Shown: positions 49,733-60,909 of the stretch, piece after piece
Layout: every line of letters starts with the position of its first letter
Numbering within the stretch: the first letter of the stretch is position 1
Assembly (NCBI GenBank): GCA_963809485.1
Contig: CAWEJX010000001.1
Span: 448,001-512,000 of the forward strand
Length of the DNA: 64,000 nucleotides
DNA from: an uncultured Acidobacteriota bacterium
Lineage (GTDB): Bacteria > Acidobacteriota > UBA6911
Direction of reading: 5' to 3'
The notes under the pieces: model-generated
The model's input: only the letters and a program-made list of their open reading frames with translations
Databases searched by the model: none
Told to the model about the DNA's origin: nothing
Position numbers and translations under genes: made by a program

Positions 49733-51211
49733 ATGCAGCTATTCAAACGGAAAGCCATTGCCGAAGGGGCTGTTGATGCGGAATCCGTCCATACTTTGAA
49801 GCGCTCTCTGGGCGGAGGCGATCTTATCATGCTCGCCATCGGCGCCGTTATCGGCGCGGGGATATTCGGCGCCATCGGGACAGCGGCTCCGGGCAGGTGA
49901 ATGCCGAACGGAGACGTGATCCGCGCCGGGGCCGGCCCTGCGCTGGTGTTCTCGTTCCTGCTGCTCGGCGTTGTATGTACGCTGGCAGGGCTGTGCTATG
50001 CCGAACTTGCATCCATGATCCCGCAGGCCGGAAGCGCTTACACTTATTCCTACGCTACGCTCGGCGAGCTGGTGGCATGGATTATCGGGTGGGATCTCAT
50101 TCTCGAATACGCCGTCGGCAATGTGGCGGTTGCCATTTCCTGGGGAGACTACTTCAATACGCTGCTTCGCGGACTCGGAATAAACCTGCCCGCATGGGTC
50201 ACCACTGGATATCGAACGGCGCTGCTCAGCCCCGATCCGGCCCTTCCGGCAGCTCCTTGAAACAGCGCCGCATATTGCAGGGAATACCGGTTTTCTGAAT
50301 CTGCCCGCGTTCGCCATCGTCATGCTGATCACGTGGCTGTTGCTGCGCGGCGCGCGGGAAAGCGCGACCGCCAACAATGTGATGGTGGCGATCAAGCTGG
50401 TTGCGCTTGGGCTATTCATCATCGCCGGTCTGACGCACATCGATCCGAAAAATTACCACCCATTTATGCCCAATGGTTTTGCGGGGATCCATCAGGGTGC
50501 AGCCATCGTCTTCTTCGCCTTTATCGGATTTGACGCCATTTCCACCGCCGCGGAGGAAACGCGCAACCCTCAGAAGAACCTCCCCGTCGGCATTCTTGGA
50601 GGTCTGGCAATCTGCACTTTGATCTACATTGTTGTAGGCGTAGTGCTGACCGGAATGGCGCCCTACCGCGATCTGGCGAGTAGCCGATCCCCTCGCGCGC
50701 GCTCTCGAACTGGCCGGCTACCGGCGTGTGGGCTCGGTCGTCGCACTGGGCGCCGTGATTTCAATGTCCGCAGTGCTTCTGGTATTTCAGTATGGCCAGC
50801 CGCGGATCTTCTTTGCAATGGCGCGGGACGGTCTGCTGCCCCGCTGGGCAGCGCGAGTGGATCCGGTGCGCCGCATCCCTTATGTAACCACCCTTATCAC
50901 AGGGATCGCCGTGGCCTCGGTTGCCATGATCGGCGACGCCGGCGAGACCTACGACCTCACCAATATCGGTACGCTCTTTGCCTTCGCACTGGTCTCCATC
51001 GGAGTGCTTGTGCTTCGCTATAGGGATCCCGGCCGCCCGAGGCCATTCAGGGTTCCGTTCGTCTGGCCGGTTTCACTGGCAAGCGCAGCCGCCTGCCTTT
51101 TCGTCATGAAGGGCCTTGCCCCGGCAGGCATGGGAGCGTTTCGGCATCTGGCTTGTCCTCGGCCTGCTCATCTACTTTTTCTACGGCTACCGCCACAGCC
51201 GGAACCGATGA
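49733..51211 (+). CDS. APC-family amino acid permease, with several frameshifts
   Basis: LAIGAVIGAGIF, AGPALV, LCYAELAS, GWDLILEY, GFDAISTAAEE, QPRIFFAMARDGLLP and RPFRVP, spread over several frames. Confidence 0.85.
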
Positions 51212-51258
51212 TTGGAAAGTCAACCGCATCCGGCAAAACCCGAGGATTCTCTTCGCAT

Positions 51259-52140
51259 TCAGCGCATTCGCGCGTGAGTCGAAAATTTCGGATCCCTCAA
51301 GGCTCGAAGCTTCGCCAGGTTGCGCCTGTCTTCCCGCATATCCTCGCCCTTTGGGGTTTCCAATATTTTGGGGACGTCTACAAACCGGGGATCGTTCACG
51401 AGACATCGAAACGCTTCGAGTCCCATCCGTCCTTTGCCGATGTGGGAATGCCGGTCCACACGGCTGCCGAGATCTTTCAAGCTGTCGTTGACATGGATCG
51501 CCTGGATTCTCCCGACACCAATCAGACGGTCGAATTCGTGCAGAGTCTTTTCGTAGCCCTCCCGGCTGCGTATGTCGTACCCGGCAGCAAAAACATGGCA
51601 TGTGTCCAGGCAAACGCCGGTACGTTCCGGTTTGCGCATGCGCTCGAGGATGGCAGCCAGTTCCTCAAAACGGCTCCCGAGCGAACTGCCCTGACCCGCG
51701 GTGGTTTCAAGGAGCAGTCTGACAGGCGGTCCCACCCTATCGATGGCCAGGTTCAGCGCGCGAGCCACCCGGCTGATTCCCGGCTGTACGCCGGAGCCCA
51801 GATGAGCGCCGGGGTGAAGGATAAGGCACGGCACGCCCAGGTCATTGGCGCGCCTCATCTCTTCGACAAATGCATCCAGCGATTTTCGATGCAGATCCGG
51901 ATCGGGCGACGCCAGGTTGATCAGGTAGCTGTCATGGGCCAGGACGGGGGAAATGCCGCTTTTCTCCCTGGCCTCCCGGAACAGCATTCTGTCGTCGTCT
52001 GTCAGGGTCCTGGCTTTCCACTGGTTGCTGCTCTTGAGAAAAATCTGAATGGTCCGGCAGCGCACACTGCGGCCGCGCTCAAAGGCCTTGTGCATGCCCC
52101 CGGCAATGGACATATGGGCGCCGGCCAGCAATTCTCCCAT
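51259..52140 (-). CDS. nfo: Endonuclease IV
   Basis: GAHMSIAGG, HDSYLINL, LETTAGQG, CLDTCH, HVNDS...DRH and ILETPK. Confidence 0.95.
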   Translation of the reverse strand: MGELLAGAHMSIAGGMHKAFERGRSVRCRTIQIFLKSSNQWKARTLTDDDRMLFREAREKSGISPVLAHDSYLINLASPDPDLHRKSLDAFVEEMRRANDLGVPCLILHPGAHLGSGVQPGISRVARALNLAIDRVGPPVRLLLETTAGQGSSLGSRFEELAAILERMRKPERTGVCLDTCHVFAAGYDIRSREGYEKTLHEFDRLIGVGRIQAIHVNDSLKDLGSRVDRHSHIGKGRMGLEAFRCLVNDPRFVDVPKILETPKGEDMREDRRNLAKLRALRDPKFSTHARMR

Positions 52141-52178
52141 TCTTTATCTCAATCCCGGAAGGCGGCTGCGGGGAAAGC

Positions 52179-53435
52179 TCAGATCACCGTGCCGCTGCGA
52201 ATCAGGGCTCCCTTGGGGATAACGATAATCCCATCCCTGATGTTGTAGTTTTCGTCGTCCTTTTCCTGCAGGTTGTGCGCATTTATGATGGAGACATTGT
52301 CCCCGATCCGGGCTTCTTTGTCGATAATGGCATTGATGATGGTGCAGTGGCTCCCGATCCCCATATGCGGGATTTTCTTAGCCGAATTCTCGTCCAGCTG
52401 CTCGATGGTCTCGTAGCGATCGGCTCCGACAATAATGGAATGCTTGATCGTGGTCCCGCTGCCGATCCGGCTGCGCACACCGATAATGGAGTGCTTGATA
52501 TCCCCGCCGCCGAGGATGCAGCCATCCGCGATAATCGACTGGTGTATGGAGCAGTTGTTCAGTTTCGAGCCCGGCAGATTGCGGGGCCGGGTATATATCG
52601 GGTTCTCGAAATCGTAAAAATTGAATTTGGGCTGGGCCTCCGTCAGCTCCAGGTTCGCTTCGTAGTAGTTTCGTATGGTCCCTACATCCTCCCAGTAGCC
52701 GTCGAACTGATAGCCCATCACGCGATACCTGGCGAGGGCCTGCGGGATGAGATCCCTCCCGAAATCGACGACGGTGGATTTCGTCAAAAGATCCACAAGG
52801 AGCTGCTTGCGAAACACGTAAATTCCCATGCTGGCCAGATAATCCCGGCCATCGGAGCGCGATGCCGATCGAATCCGCGGAAGATCCTCGTGTTTGGGTT
52901 TTTCGATGAAGTCAACCGCCCGGCTATCCTGTTCGACCTTCATGATGCCCAGCCCCGGGGTTGACTCTGCAAGCACCGGTATTACGGCTACCGTGATATC
53001 CGAATCGCAGCGCTCGTGGAAATCGATGAGATGCCGGAAATCCATCTGGTACAGCTGGTCGCCGGAGAGAACCAGCACGTGGCTCACCTGCTCATAAGGA
53101 AGTATGTGCTTGATGCTTTGCCGGACCGCATCTGCCGTTCCCTGGAACCAGCTTTGATTCTCCGGTGTCTGCTCGGCGGCCAGAATCTCGACGAAACCGC
53201 CCGTGAACATATCGAACCTGTAAGTCTGCACGACATGTTTGTTGAGTGAAGCCGAATTGAACTGCGTGAGGACAAAAATCTGGTTGATCTGCGAATTCAG
53301 GCAATTGCTGATCGGTATGTCGATGAGACGGTATTTCCCGGCCAGCGGGACGGCCGGTTTGCTGCGGAATTTTGTGAGTGGATAAAGTCGCTGGCCCTGT
53401 CCGCCGCTTAATATAACTCCCAATACTTTCCGCAT
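52179..53435 (-). CDS. glgC: Glucose-1-phosphate adenylyltransferase
   Basis: RLYPLTKFRSKPAVP, WFQGTADAVR, LSGDQLYQMD and YWEDVGT; start ATG 53435. Confidence 0.95.
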   Translation of the reverse strand: MRKVLGVILSGGQGQRLYPLTKFRSKPAVPLAGKYRLIDIPISNCLNSQINQIFVLTQFNSASLNKHVVQTYRFDMFTGGFVEILAAEQTPENQSWFQGTADAVRQSIKHILPYEQVSHVLVLSGDQLYQMDFRHLIDFHERCDSDITVAVIPVLAESTPGLGIMKVEQDSRAVDFIEKPKHEDLPRIRSASRSDGRDYLASMGIYVFRKQLLVDLLTKSTVVDFGRDLIPQALARYRVMGYQFDGYWEDVGTIRNYYEANLELTEAQPKFNFYDFENPIYTRPRNLPGSKLNNCSIHQSIIADGCILGGGDIKHSIIGVRSRIGSGTTIKHSIIVGADRYETIEQLDENSAKKIPHMGIGSHCTIINAIIDKEARIGDNVSIINAHNLQEKDDENYNIRDGIIVIPKGALIRSGTVI

Positions 53436-53698
53436 GTTCGCCCTCCAACAGCTCGATGGTACCTGTCTCGAAAAAGGCAGAGAAAGCGCCAACGGCGATT
53501 CCTGCTATCCATGCGTCGCCTCACCGCGAAATGCCCTAACAAATGCGGATACATGAAATCACAGAGAACCAGTACCCGCCCACGAGCTTACTTAGAGGCA
53601 TGGTCAAAAGCAACAAAATGACCAAGGAATTCACACAGCGACGTCCAGCAGGCCGCCGCGCGGCTACCTTCGTATCATCGACCCCGCGATATTGCGGA

Positions 53699-54046
53699 TC
53701 AGCTTTCCGCCGGGGAAGCCGGAAATCCCTCCAGGCCTTCAAAGAAGCAGGATCGGGCCCCCGTGTGGCATGCCGGCCCTTTGGGCTGAACGCGGATCAC
53801 AATAGAGTCCTGATCGCAATCGGTCGCAATACTGACGACCTTTTGTGTGTTTCCGGAGCTTTCCCCCTTGTGCCAGAGGCACTGGCGGCTGCGGCTGTAA
53901 AAAACGGTTTCTCCCAGCTCCCGCATTCTGGCCATGCTCTCACGGCTGACGTAGGCTACGGTGAGCACTTCCCCCGAAGAGGCATCCTGCACCACTGCGG
54001 GGATCAGTCCGCTCGATCCCCATTTAAGCTCTTCTATCTTTTTCAT
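53699..54046 (-). CDS. hisI: Phosphoribosyl-AMP cyclohydrolase
   Basis: [28 protein letters not shown] and [11 protein letters not shown]; the ATG overlaps the hisF stop. Confidence 0.93.
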   Translation of the reverse strand: MKKIEELKWGSSGLIPAVVQDASSGEVLTVAYVSRESMARMRELGETVFYSRSRQCLWHKGESSGNTQKVVSIATDCDQDSIVIRVQPKGPACHTGARSCFFEGLEGFPASPAES

Positions 54047-54861
54047 TCTCCACTCTCGCTTGAATGCTGCACATAATCCGCTCCTTCGACCAGGCGCACG
54101 GGGATCCCTCGCCCCTGCAGAAACCTCTTGGCTTCCATGATCGTGTGATGGCCAAAATGGAAGATGGAAGCAGCCAGCGCCGCGCTCGCTTTGCCCTCGA
54201 TAAAGGCGTCGGCGATATGCTGCAGGGACCCGCACCCCCCGGAAGCAATGACGGGTATCCCAACCGCATCCGCCACCCTCCGGTTCAATAGATTGTCGTA
54301 GCCCGATTGAGTGCCGTCGCAATCCATGGAAGTGAGCAGGATTTCGCCGGCACCGCGTTCCGCAGCCTCCCGCGCCCAGGCCACGGCTTCCAGCGGCCGC
54401 ACGATTCGCCCTCCGTGCGTGGTCACTTCCCAGCGCGGCGATTCCGGGTTCCACGGCCGCGTGCGCCTCGCGTCGATGGCCACTACGATGCACTGCGATC
54501 CAAAATACCGGGAAGCTTCGGCGATGAAGCCGGGATTCCCGACAGCCGAGGTATTGAGAGACACCTTGTCGGCGCCCGATCTCAGGATGCTCTGGATGTC
54601 CTCGAGGGTGCGCAGACCGCCGCCCACCGTAAAAGGAATGAAGACCGCATCGGCAACGGCGCTCACCATGCGCGTGACGATGTCTCTGCGGTCGGAGGAC
54701 GCCGTAATATCCAGGAAAATAAGTTCGTCGGCCCCTTCTGCATCGTATCTTGCAGCCGTTTCCACCGGGTCCCCGGCATCCCTCAGGTTGACGAAGTGCG
54801 TGCCTTTGACCACGCGCCCGTCGCGCACATCCAGGCAGGGTATGATTCTTTTCGCGAGCAT
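54043..54861 (-). CDS. hisF: Imidazole glycerol phosphate synthase cyclase subunit
   Basis: [24 protein letters not shown] and [11 protein letters not shown]. Confidence 0.96.
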   Translation of the reverse strand: MLAKRIIPCLDVRDGRVVKGTHFVNLRDAGDPVETAARYDAEGADELIFLDITASSDRRDIVTRMVSAVADAVFIPFTVGGGLRTLEDIQSILRSGADKVSLNTSAVGNPGFIAEASRYFGSQCIVVAIDARRTRPWNPESPRWEVTTHGGRIVRPLEAVAWAREAAERGAGEILLTSMDCDGTQSGYDNLLNRRVADAVGIPVIASGGCGSLQHIADAFIEGKASAALAASIFHFGHHTIMEAKRFLQGRGIPVRLVEGADYVQHSSESGE

Positions 54862-54866
54862 CTCTT

Positions 54867-55619
54867 TTAAACCTTGGGCTCCCAGGAAAGCATTTTCTTA
54901 CGCAGATCGCCGAAATCAAGCTTCCTGTCGTATAGGGCCCGTCCGAGGATCACGCCCTCGATCCCGCACGTACGCCGCTCCCAGAGTTCCCGGACATCCT
55001 CGATCCCGGAAACCCCGCCGCTGGCGATCACCCGCATCCCCGATTTGAGGCAGAGGTTCTCTGTTTCTTCAACATTTACCCCACGCAGCATCCCGTCACG
55101 CGCAACATCGGTATAAATCACCCGTCGAACGCCGAGGTTTTTCATTCGCAGGGCGAGGTCCACAGCCGTTAACGCCGTCACATCGGTCCATCCCCGCAGA
55201 GCCACTTTCCCGCTGCGCGCGTCGATTCCGACGACGATGGAGTCCGGGTGCAGCCGGACGGCTTCTTCGACGATTTCGGGATGCTCCGCCGCGACGGTCC
55301 CCAGGATAGCCCGCTCCGCTCCAAGAGCCAGGATCTCTTCAATCTGGTCCAGTGTGCGCAGCCCGCCGCCGAACTCGACCGGGATCTTCAGCGACCGGAA
55401 AATGGACTTGGCGATCTCTCGATGCGCCGTCTGCCCTGAGAAGGCTCCGTCCAGATCCACCAGATGCAGCCGCGTCGCTCCCTGTGCTTCCCAGTGAAGC
55501 GCCATCGCTATCGGGTCGTCGCTATATTCCGTCGACCGCGAGGCAATACCTTCCTGCAATCGGACGCATTTGCCTCCCTTGAGATCCACCGCGGGTATCA
55601 GTTCGAAAGCTTCTGTCAT
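54867..55619 (-). CDS. hisA: ProFAR isomerase
   Basis: [23 protein letters not shown] and TDVARDGML. Confidence 0.95.
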   Translation of the reverse strand: MTEAFELIPAVDLKGGKCVRLQEGIASRSTEYSDDPIAMALHWEAQGATRLHLVDLDGAFSGQTAHREIAKSIFRSLKIPVEFGGGLRTLDQIEEILALGAERAILGTVAAEHPEIVEEAVRLHPDSIVVGIDARSGKVALRGWTDVTALTAVDLALRMKNLGVRRVIYTDVARDGMLRGVNVEETENLCLKSGMRVIASGGVSGIEDVRELWERRTCGIEGVILGRALYDRKLDFGDLRKKMLSWEPKV

Positions 55620-55721
55620 CAATCACTCCAGCGTGCTCCCCTCGATTCAACTCAGGACCGCGAAGCCAAAGCACAGTCATGCCGGCTCATGCCCCGGGAT
55701 CCTACGGGCAACCCACGGCTT

Positions 55722-56342
55722 TCATTGGATGGACAGGAAATTGCGGAGGAGGCGTCTCCCCGCTTCCTGGCTCTTCTCTGGATGAAACTGAGCCCCCCAC
55801 GTTTTGTTCCGGCAGGCGATCGAGCAGAAACGATGGCCGTAGCTTGTCCAGCACAGAACGTCTTCCGGCCTCCCGGGCTCCACATAGTAGGAATGCACGA
55901 AATAAAAATAGCTCCCATCCGGTATGCCTTGGAGCAATGGATCGGGCCGGCCCTCCTCGATCTGGTTCCATCCCACATGGGGCACGCGCAATCCCGGCTC
56001 TTCAAACCTGCGGACTCTGCCCGGGATCAAATCGAGCCCCTGATGGCTTCCGAATTCTTCGCTTTCCGTAAAAAGCAACTGGAGCCCCAGGCATAGCCCC
56101 AGCAGCGGCTTGCCCGCGTTCACCGCATCGCATATGGCGCGGTCCAGCCCGTGGTTCCTCAGATTAACCATAGCATCGCCGAACGCACCCACGCCGGGCA
56201 GAATCAGCCGATCCGCACCGCGGATTGAATCCGGGTCCCGGTCGATAACGGGCAAGCCGCCCACCGCCGCCACAGCTTTTTCAACGCTGCGGAGGTTCCC
56301 CATTCCGTAGTCGATGATGACGGTTCGAGAAGCATCCACCAA
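55722..56342 (-). CDS. hisH: Imidazole glycerol phosphate synthase glutaminase subunit
   Basis: IDYGMGNL, LPGVGAF, GLCLGLQ and QFHPEKS. Confidence 0.96.
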   Translation of the reverse strand: MVDASRTVIIDYGMGNLRSVEKAVAAVGGLPVIDRDPDSIRGADRLILPGVGAFGDAMVNLRNHGLDRAICDAVNAGKPLLGLCLGLQLLFTESEEFGSHQGLDLIPGRVRRFEEPGLRVPHVGWNQIEEGRPDPLLQGIPDGSYFYFVHSYYVEPGRPEDVLCWTSYGHRFCSIACRNKTWGAQFHPEKSQEAGRRLLRNFLSIQ

Positions 56343-56343
56343 G

Positions 56344-56934
56344 CTAAATCACCCCTTTGGTTGACGGCACGCCTTCGACCCGCGAGTCGATGCGTGTCGC
56401 AAGGCTGAAAGCGCGCGCTGCGGCTTTGAATAAGGCCTCAAAAATATGATGGGTGTTCCGTCCATAGAGCAGCTCGATATGCAGGTTCAACCGGCCGTGG
56501 GCCACAACCGCCCTCCAGAATTCCTCGATCAGCTCGGAATCCAGTTCGCCGACGCGCTCCCTCTGCGCCTTCACGTTGTAGACCAGAAAAGGCCGGCCCG
56601 AGAGATCCACCGCGACGCGGACCAGGGCTTCATCCATCGGGAAATACGCATGCGCGAACCGCGCCAGCCCCTTCTTGTCTCCAAGCGCCTTGTCCAGGGC
56701 CGAACCCAGGCAGATGCCTATGTCCTCGACCGAGTGGTGCGCGTCGATCCCAAGGTCTCCCTTGCAGCGGACATCAAGATCGAAGAGGCCGTGCTTGGCA
56801 AAAAGGCCGAGCATGTGGTCCAGGAACTGTACGCCTGTATGCACCTCGCTCCGCCCGTTTCCGTCAAGGCCCAGGGTGACGGCGATATCCGTCTCGTTTG
56901 TCTTCCGGTTTATGGTGGCTGTTCGTCCGTTCAT
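56344..56934 (-). CDS. hisB: Imidazoleglycerol-phosphate dehydratase
   Basis: RKTNETDI, DAHHSVED, NTHHIFEALFK and PSTKG. Confidence 0.96.
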   Translation of the reverse strand: MNGRTATINRKTNETDIAVTLGLDGNGRSEVHTGVQFLDHMLGLFAKHGLFDLDVRCKGDLGIDAHHSVEDIGICLGSALDKALGDKKGLARFAHAYFPMDEALVRVAVDLSGRPFLVYNVKAQRERVGELDSELIEEFWRAVVAHGRLNLHIELLYGRNTHHIFEALFKAAARAFSLATRIDSRVEGVPSTKGVI

Positions 56935-56967
56935 AGTGGTTCCCGAGCGCCTGCGCGCTTCCCATTC

Positions 56968-58041
56968 CTAGCCAAGGCTGGCGCGCAACGCGGAAAGTAA
57001 TCGATCGTTTTCCTTCCGTGTGCCTACGCTGATACGCAGGCACTGCGAAAGCATCGGATAGGAAGAAACATCCCGTATCAGGATTCCCTGTCGGTACAGG
57101 TCATCGAAAAGAGCCCTGGGGGAGACCTGGACCTCGATGAGGAAAAAATTGGCTTCCGAGGAATACACCTTCAAGCCGGGGATGCGGCCGAGTTCTTCTC
57201 CGAGGCGCTTCCTTTCATCGAGGACCGCCTCGATCGCGGGGCGGAACCGTTCCGGGTTTTCCAGCGCCACCTCGGCCGCGGTCAGGCTGAACTGGTTGAC
57301 ATTGTAGGGGAGCTTCGCCTTGGAAATCTGTTCGGCCAGATCCGCGTGGGCGAGGAGGTACCCCACCCTCAGCCCCGCCATTCCCATCGCCTTGGAGAAA
57401 GTCCGAGTGATTATAAGCCTCGGGTACTCTTTAAGCAGATTTAGGGCCGTGCGGCCGTGAAACTCGTAGTAGGCCTCGTCCAGAAGAACGTGGCCCGCGA
57501 ACCGCTCCAGGATCCGCCGCAGGCCGTCCTGCGGCAGCACCGTTCCGGTCGGATTGTTGGGCGTGTTCACGATGAGGACTCGGGCGCCGGCTTCGCCGGA
57601 TTTTGAGATGAGGGCGTCGACATTGTAGCTCATATCCGGATTGAGCGGGATGCCGACGACCTGGGCGCCCAGAACAGTCGAGATCAGGCTGTAGACCGTA
57701 AAGGTCGGATAGGGAATCGCCACTCGCGACCTCGGCCTGATCAGCACCATCAGCGAGGCCTGCAATAGCTCGTTGGATCCGTTGCCGACCAGGACTCCGT
57801 CCTTTTGCCAGCCGGCAAACTCCGCCAGACGCTGACGGAGCGAATCCGGAACAAAATCCGGGTAGCGCGACCACTGCCGTTCCTTATAGCGCCGGAAGGT
57901 TTCCTCCTTGAGGTCTTCCGGAAAATCGAAGGGATTCTCATTCTGGTTCAGCTTGATTTCCGCTTCGTGCGCCCGCAGCGTGTACGCCGGCACCTTCAGA
58001 ACCTGAGATTTTACGCCATAGAGAGGGGAATTCCTTTTCAC
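56968..58041 (-). CDS. hisC: Histidinol-phosphate aminotransferase
   Basis: KLNQNENP, GNGSNE, PNNPTG, DEAYYEF and RTFSKAMGMAGLRVG. Confidence 0.95.
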   Translation of the reverse strand: MKRNSPLYGVKSQVLKVPAYTLRAHEAEIKLNQNENPFDFPEDLKEETFRRYKERQWSRYPDFVPDSLRQRLAEFAGWQKDGVLVGNGSNELLQASLMVLIRPRSRVAIPYPTFTVYSLISTVLGAQVVGIPLNPDMSYNVDALISKSGEAGARVLIVNTPNNPTGTVLPQDGLRRILERFAGHVLLDEAYYEFHGRTALNLLKEYPRLIITRTFSKAMGMAGLRVGYLLAHADLAEQISKAKLPYNVNQFSLTAAEVALENPERFRPAIEAVLDERKRLGEELGRIPGLKVYSSEANFFLIEVQVSPRALFDDLYRQGILIRDVSSYPMLSQCLRISVGTRKENDRLLSALRASLG

Positions 58042-59354
58042 GGCTGGACACCCCTGCGCGATCTGGATTTTGGGAATTTCTGCCGGATGCGCACCGATTG
58101 GGCATGCGCGTCCAGGCCTTCGGCGCGCGCCAGGGCGTCGATGGATTTCCAGGTACGGGACAGTTCCTCCTTCGTATAGCGGATGATGCCCGTCCTGCGC
58201 TGGAAATGGTAGACGCCAAGCGGCGAGTAGAAGCGTGCCGTCCCTCCGGTAGGAAGGACATGATTGCTGCCGGCGAAATAATCCCCGACCGCTTCCGGGG
58301 AATAGTCCCCGTAGAATATGGATCCGGCGTTCCGCACCTTATCCATGGCCGACACAGGCACGCTCGAAAAAATTTCCAGGTGTTCCGGAGCAATCTCATT
58401 GATCCAGTGGGCAGCTTCCAGATAGCTCTCCATAACGACAATTGCGCCGTAGTTTTCCAGAGATTTCTGCGCAATTTCCCTGCGCTGCAGCGATTTCAAC
58501 TGCGCTTCCATTTCGCGCCGCACCATCATGGCGTGGGGAAGAGAATCCGTGAAGCAGATGGAGCAGGCCGCTTCGTCGTGCTCGGCCTGCGAAAGCATGT
58601 CGGCCGCAATGAAGCGAGGATTGGATTCGGCCGTGGCAAGGATGACCACTTCGCTGGGCCCGGCGATCATATCGATATCGACTTGCCCGATAACCTCGCG
58701 TTTGGCTGCAGTCACGTAGGCATTGCCCGGGCCGACTATTTTGTCGACGCGGGGGATGGTTTCAGTGCCAAAAGCAAGAGCGGCTATGGCCTGGGCTCCT
58801 CCGGCCAGGTAAACCTCGGTCGCATTGAGTTCGCGCAAAGCTGCCGCAATAATGGGATGCTGCTGGAAGGTGCCCGGCGGCGTCACCACCACGATGCGGC
58901 GGACACCGGCAATCTTGGCCGGAATTATATTCATTAATACGGTGGAAGGATAGGCTGCCTTACCCCCCGGCACGTACACTCCCACGCTATCCAGGGGCAG
59001 TATCCTCTGTCCCAACACGACTCCTCGCTTGCTGTATTCCCAGGATTTCTGCACTTCCCTTGCATGATAGGCGTGGATGTTGAAGATAGCCTTTTCCAGG
59101 TCCCGCAGGAGATCCGGATCAGCTTTCTTTGCTTCCGCGCGAAGCATTTGCGGCCGGACTCGCATTTGCCCGGCTGTCATCTTGATCCTGTCAAACCGTT
59201 CTGTAAATTTCAGGAGAGCCTTGTCCCCTTCCCGGCGCACCTGAGAGATGATTTCCCGCACCGTGCCGGCTATTTCGCTGGACACAAGGAATTTCCGGCT
59301 TTCCAGGCGGGAGAATAGTTTGGCTTTGTCTTTTTCTTGAAAAATCTGAATCAT
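58038..59354 (-). CDS. hisD: Histidinol dehydrogenase
   Basis: YVPGGKAAYPS, KIVGPGN, AGPSE, QAEHD, APEHL and NHVLPT; start ATG 59354. Confidence 0.95.
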   Translation of the reverse strand: MIQIFQEKDKAKLFSRLESRKFLVSSEIAGTVREIISQVRREGDKALLKFTERFDRIKMTAGQMRVRPQMLRAEAKKADPDLLRDLEKAIFNIHAYHAREVQKSWEYSKRGVVLGQRILPLDSVGVYVPGGKAAYPSTVLMNIIPAKIAGVRRIVVVTPPGTFQQHPIIAAALRELNATEVYLAGGAQAIAALAFGTETIPRVDKIVGPGNAYVTAAKREVIGQVDIDMIAGPSEVVILATAESNPRFIAADMLSQAEHDEAACSICFTDSLPHAMMVRREMEAQLKSLQRREIAQKSLENYGAIVVMESYLEAAHWINEIAPEHLEIFSSVPVSAMDKVRNAGSIFYGDYSPEAVGDYFAGSNHVLPTGGTARFYSPLGVYHFQRRTGIIRYTKEELSRTWKSIDALARAEGLDAHAQSVRIRQKFPKSRSRRGVQP

Positions 59355-59467
59355 GCCTGAACCTTTATTATCGAATGACGAATCTCCAATTTGGGCAATT
59401 TCCCGATGGCAACCTTCTTGCCACCACGGATCGATCTCCGGATCGGGATGACCACGGACATCCAGCC

Positions 59468-60808
59468 TCAATCAGTGATTGCTTCGTCGATGCCTTTCCC
59501 GGACATCAAAGCCTCGATTTCAACGATTTCCTTCGGCACTTCGCCGGTGAGGATCTCATATCCGTTTTTTTTCACCAGAACGGTATCCTCGATGCGGATC
59601 CCGAGGTTTTTTCCCGGCATGTATACGCCGGGTTCTACCGTAATAACAACGCCCGGCTCGAAGGGTTGCGCTTCCCCTACATCATGGGTGGACATCCCTA
59701 CGTAATGACTTACGCCGTGGGTCAGCAGATCGGCGTAACCGTGCCGGCCAAGCACTTCCCTCACCGCCTCGCCGAGAGAGGCAAAGGTTGCGCCGGGACG
59801 GATTCTTTGAAGCGCAGCCTTCTGAGCATCGAGGACAACCTGATAGATCCGGGCCTGTTCTTCACTGAACTTGCCCGAAACCGGGAAGGATCGCGTGATA
59901 TCAGACTGGTAATACCGGTAGTCCGCTCCGAAGTCCATGACCACGACATCGCCCTCCGCCATTTTGCGTCCGTTCTTATTGTAATGCAAAAGACACGAGT
60001 TGGGTCCTGAACCCACGATCGGGAAAAACGCCGGTCCCTGTGCGCCGCGCCACGAAAAAATAAACTGCGCCAAGGCCGCCAACTGAAATTCGTACATGCC
60101 CGGCCTGGCGGAGCGCATGGCTTCCTTCAAACCCTTCGCCCCGATGCGCCCGGCCTCCCGCAGGCGATCGACCTCCTGAGCATCCTTCACACGCCGCATT
60201 TCATCCAGGATCGGGGAAAGGTCCTTGATGCGGACCGAAGCGCCAAGCCTTGCCTGAAGGCTTTTTTCAAACGCTTCCTGCCGGCTGATTCGTCCGTCCC
60301 AGATGTCAGTCTGCCGTGCGGAGTCATGCTGCAGAGCCCTATCCCGGCTGGTTGCCGCCGTTTCCCCAGGCGAAAGGGGAGAGTATAAAATGCGAAGCGT
60401 CTCCTTGCGTTTTTCCAGCTCATCTCCGAAACGCGACAATTCGAGAACTTCATCGATGCCGGTTTCCCTGCGTGCCTCCGGTCCGGCAAAGAAATCGGGA
60501 CCCTCCCATCGCTCAGTATCACGGTTCCGGGGAGGCAGAAACAGGATGGATTGGTGTTTCCCCCCATCGATCAGCAGAAGAGCGTTGGGGGTTTCCACAC
60601 CCGTGAGAAAATAAAAGCTGTTATCCTGCCGGAACGAGGCATAGGCGCGCGTATCAGGCGCTCCTGCCAGAACCGCCACGGATCCTTCGATACGCTTCAT
60701 CAGCGATTCGCGTCTCGCCGCAAAGAACGAATTATCGTCCGGGTAGACGTGGGCCGCCTGCAGGAACAGATACCCTATTATTATGGCCCTGAATGCGGCT
60801 CCCGGCAT
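59468..60808 (-). CDS. pepP: Xaa-Pro aminopeptidase (M24B) with an N-terminal signal-like segment
   Basis: FRQDNSFYFLTG, LLHY, MDFGAD..SDITR, HGVSHYVGMSTHD, TVEPG and IRIED. Confidence 0.9.
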   Translation of the reverse strand: MPGAAFRAIIIGYLFLQAAHVYPDDNSFFAARRESLMKRIEGSVAVLAGAPDTRAYASFRQDNSFYFLTGVETPNALLLIDGGKHQSILFLPPRNRDTERWEGPDFFAGPEARRETGIDEVLELSRFGDELEKRKETLRILYSPLSPGETAATSRDRALQHDSARQTDIWDGRISRQEAFEKSLQARLGASVRIKDLSPILDEMRRVKDAQEVDRLREAGRIGAKGLKEAMRSARPGMYEFQLAALAQFIFSWRGAQGPAFFPIVGSGPNSCLLHYNKNGRKMAEGDVVVMDFGADYRYYQSDITRSFPVSGKFSEEQARIYQVVLDAQKAALQRIRPGATFASLGEAVREVLGRHGYADLLTHGVSHYVGMSTHDVGEAQPFEPGVVITVEPGVYMPGKNLGIRIEDTVLVKKNGYEILTGEVPKEIVEIEALMSGKGIDEAITD

Positions 60809-60909
60809 TCCTTCTCCCTATGATCAAATTTTTAATAATAACATCAAGCCTGCAATGAATGCGCGCGAAAAGACAAAGCTGAGTCCATTCAGGACAGCCC
60901 GCGCCGCCT

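Noticed and set aside
50728-52248. 506-aa ORF
   Set aside because: Artefactual fusion of a frameshifted permease segment with the antisense frame of nfo.
53699-54919. 406-aa ORF suggesting an extended HisI
   Set aside because: Only the last 115 aa are HisI; the rest is an alternative frame of hisF.
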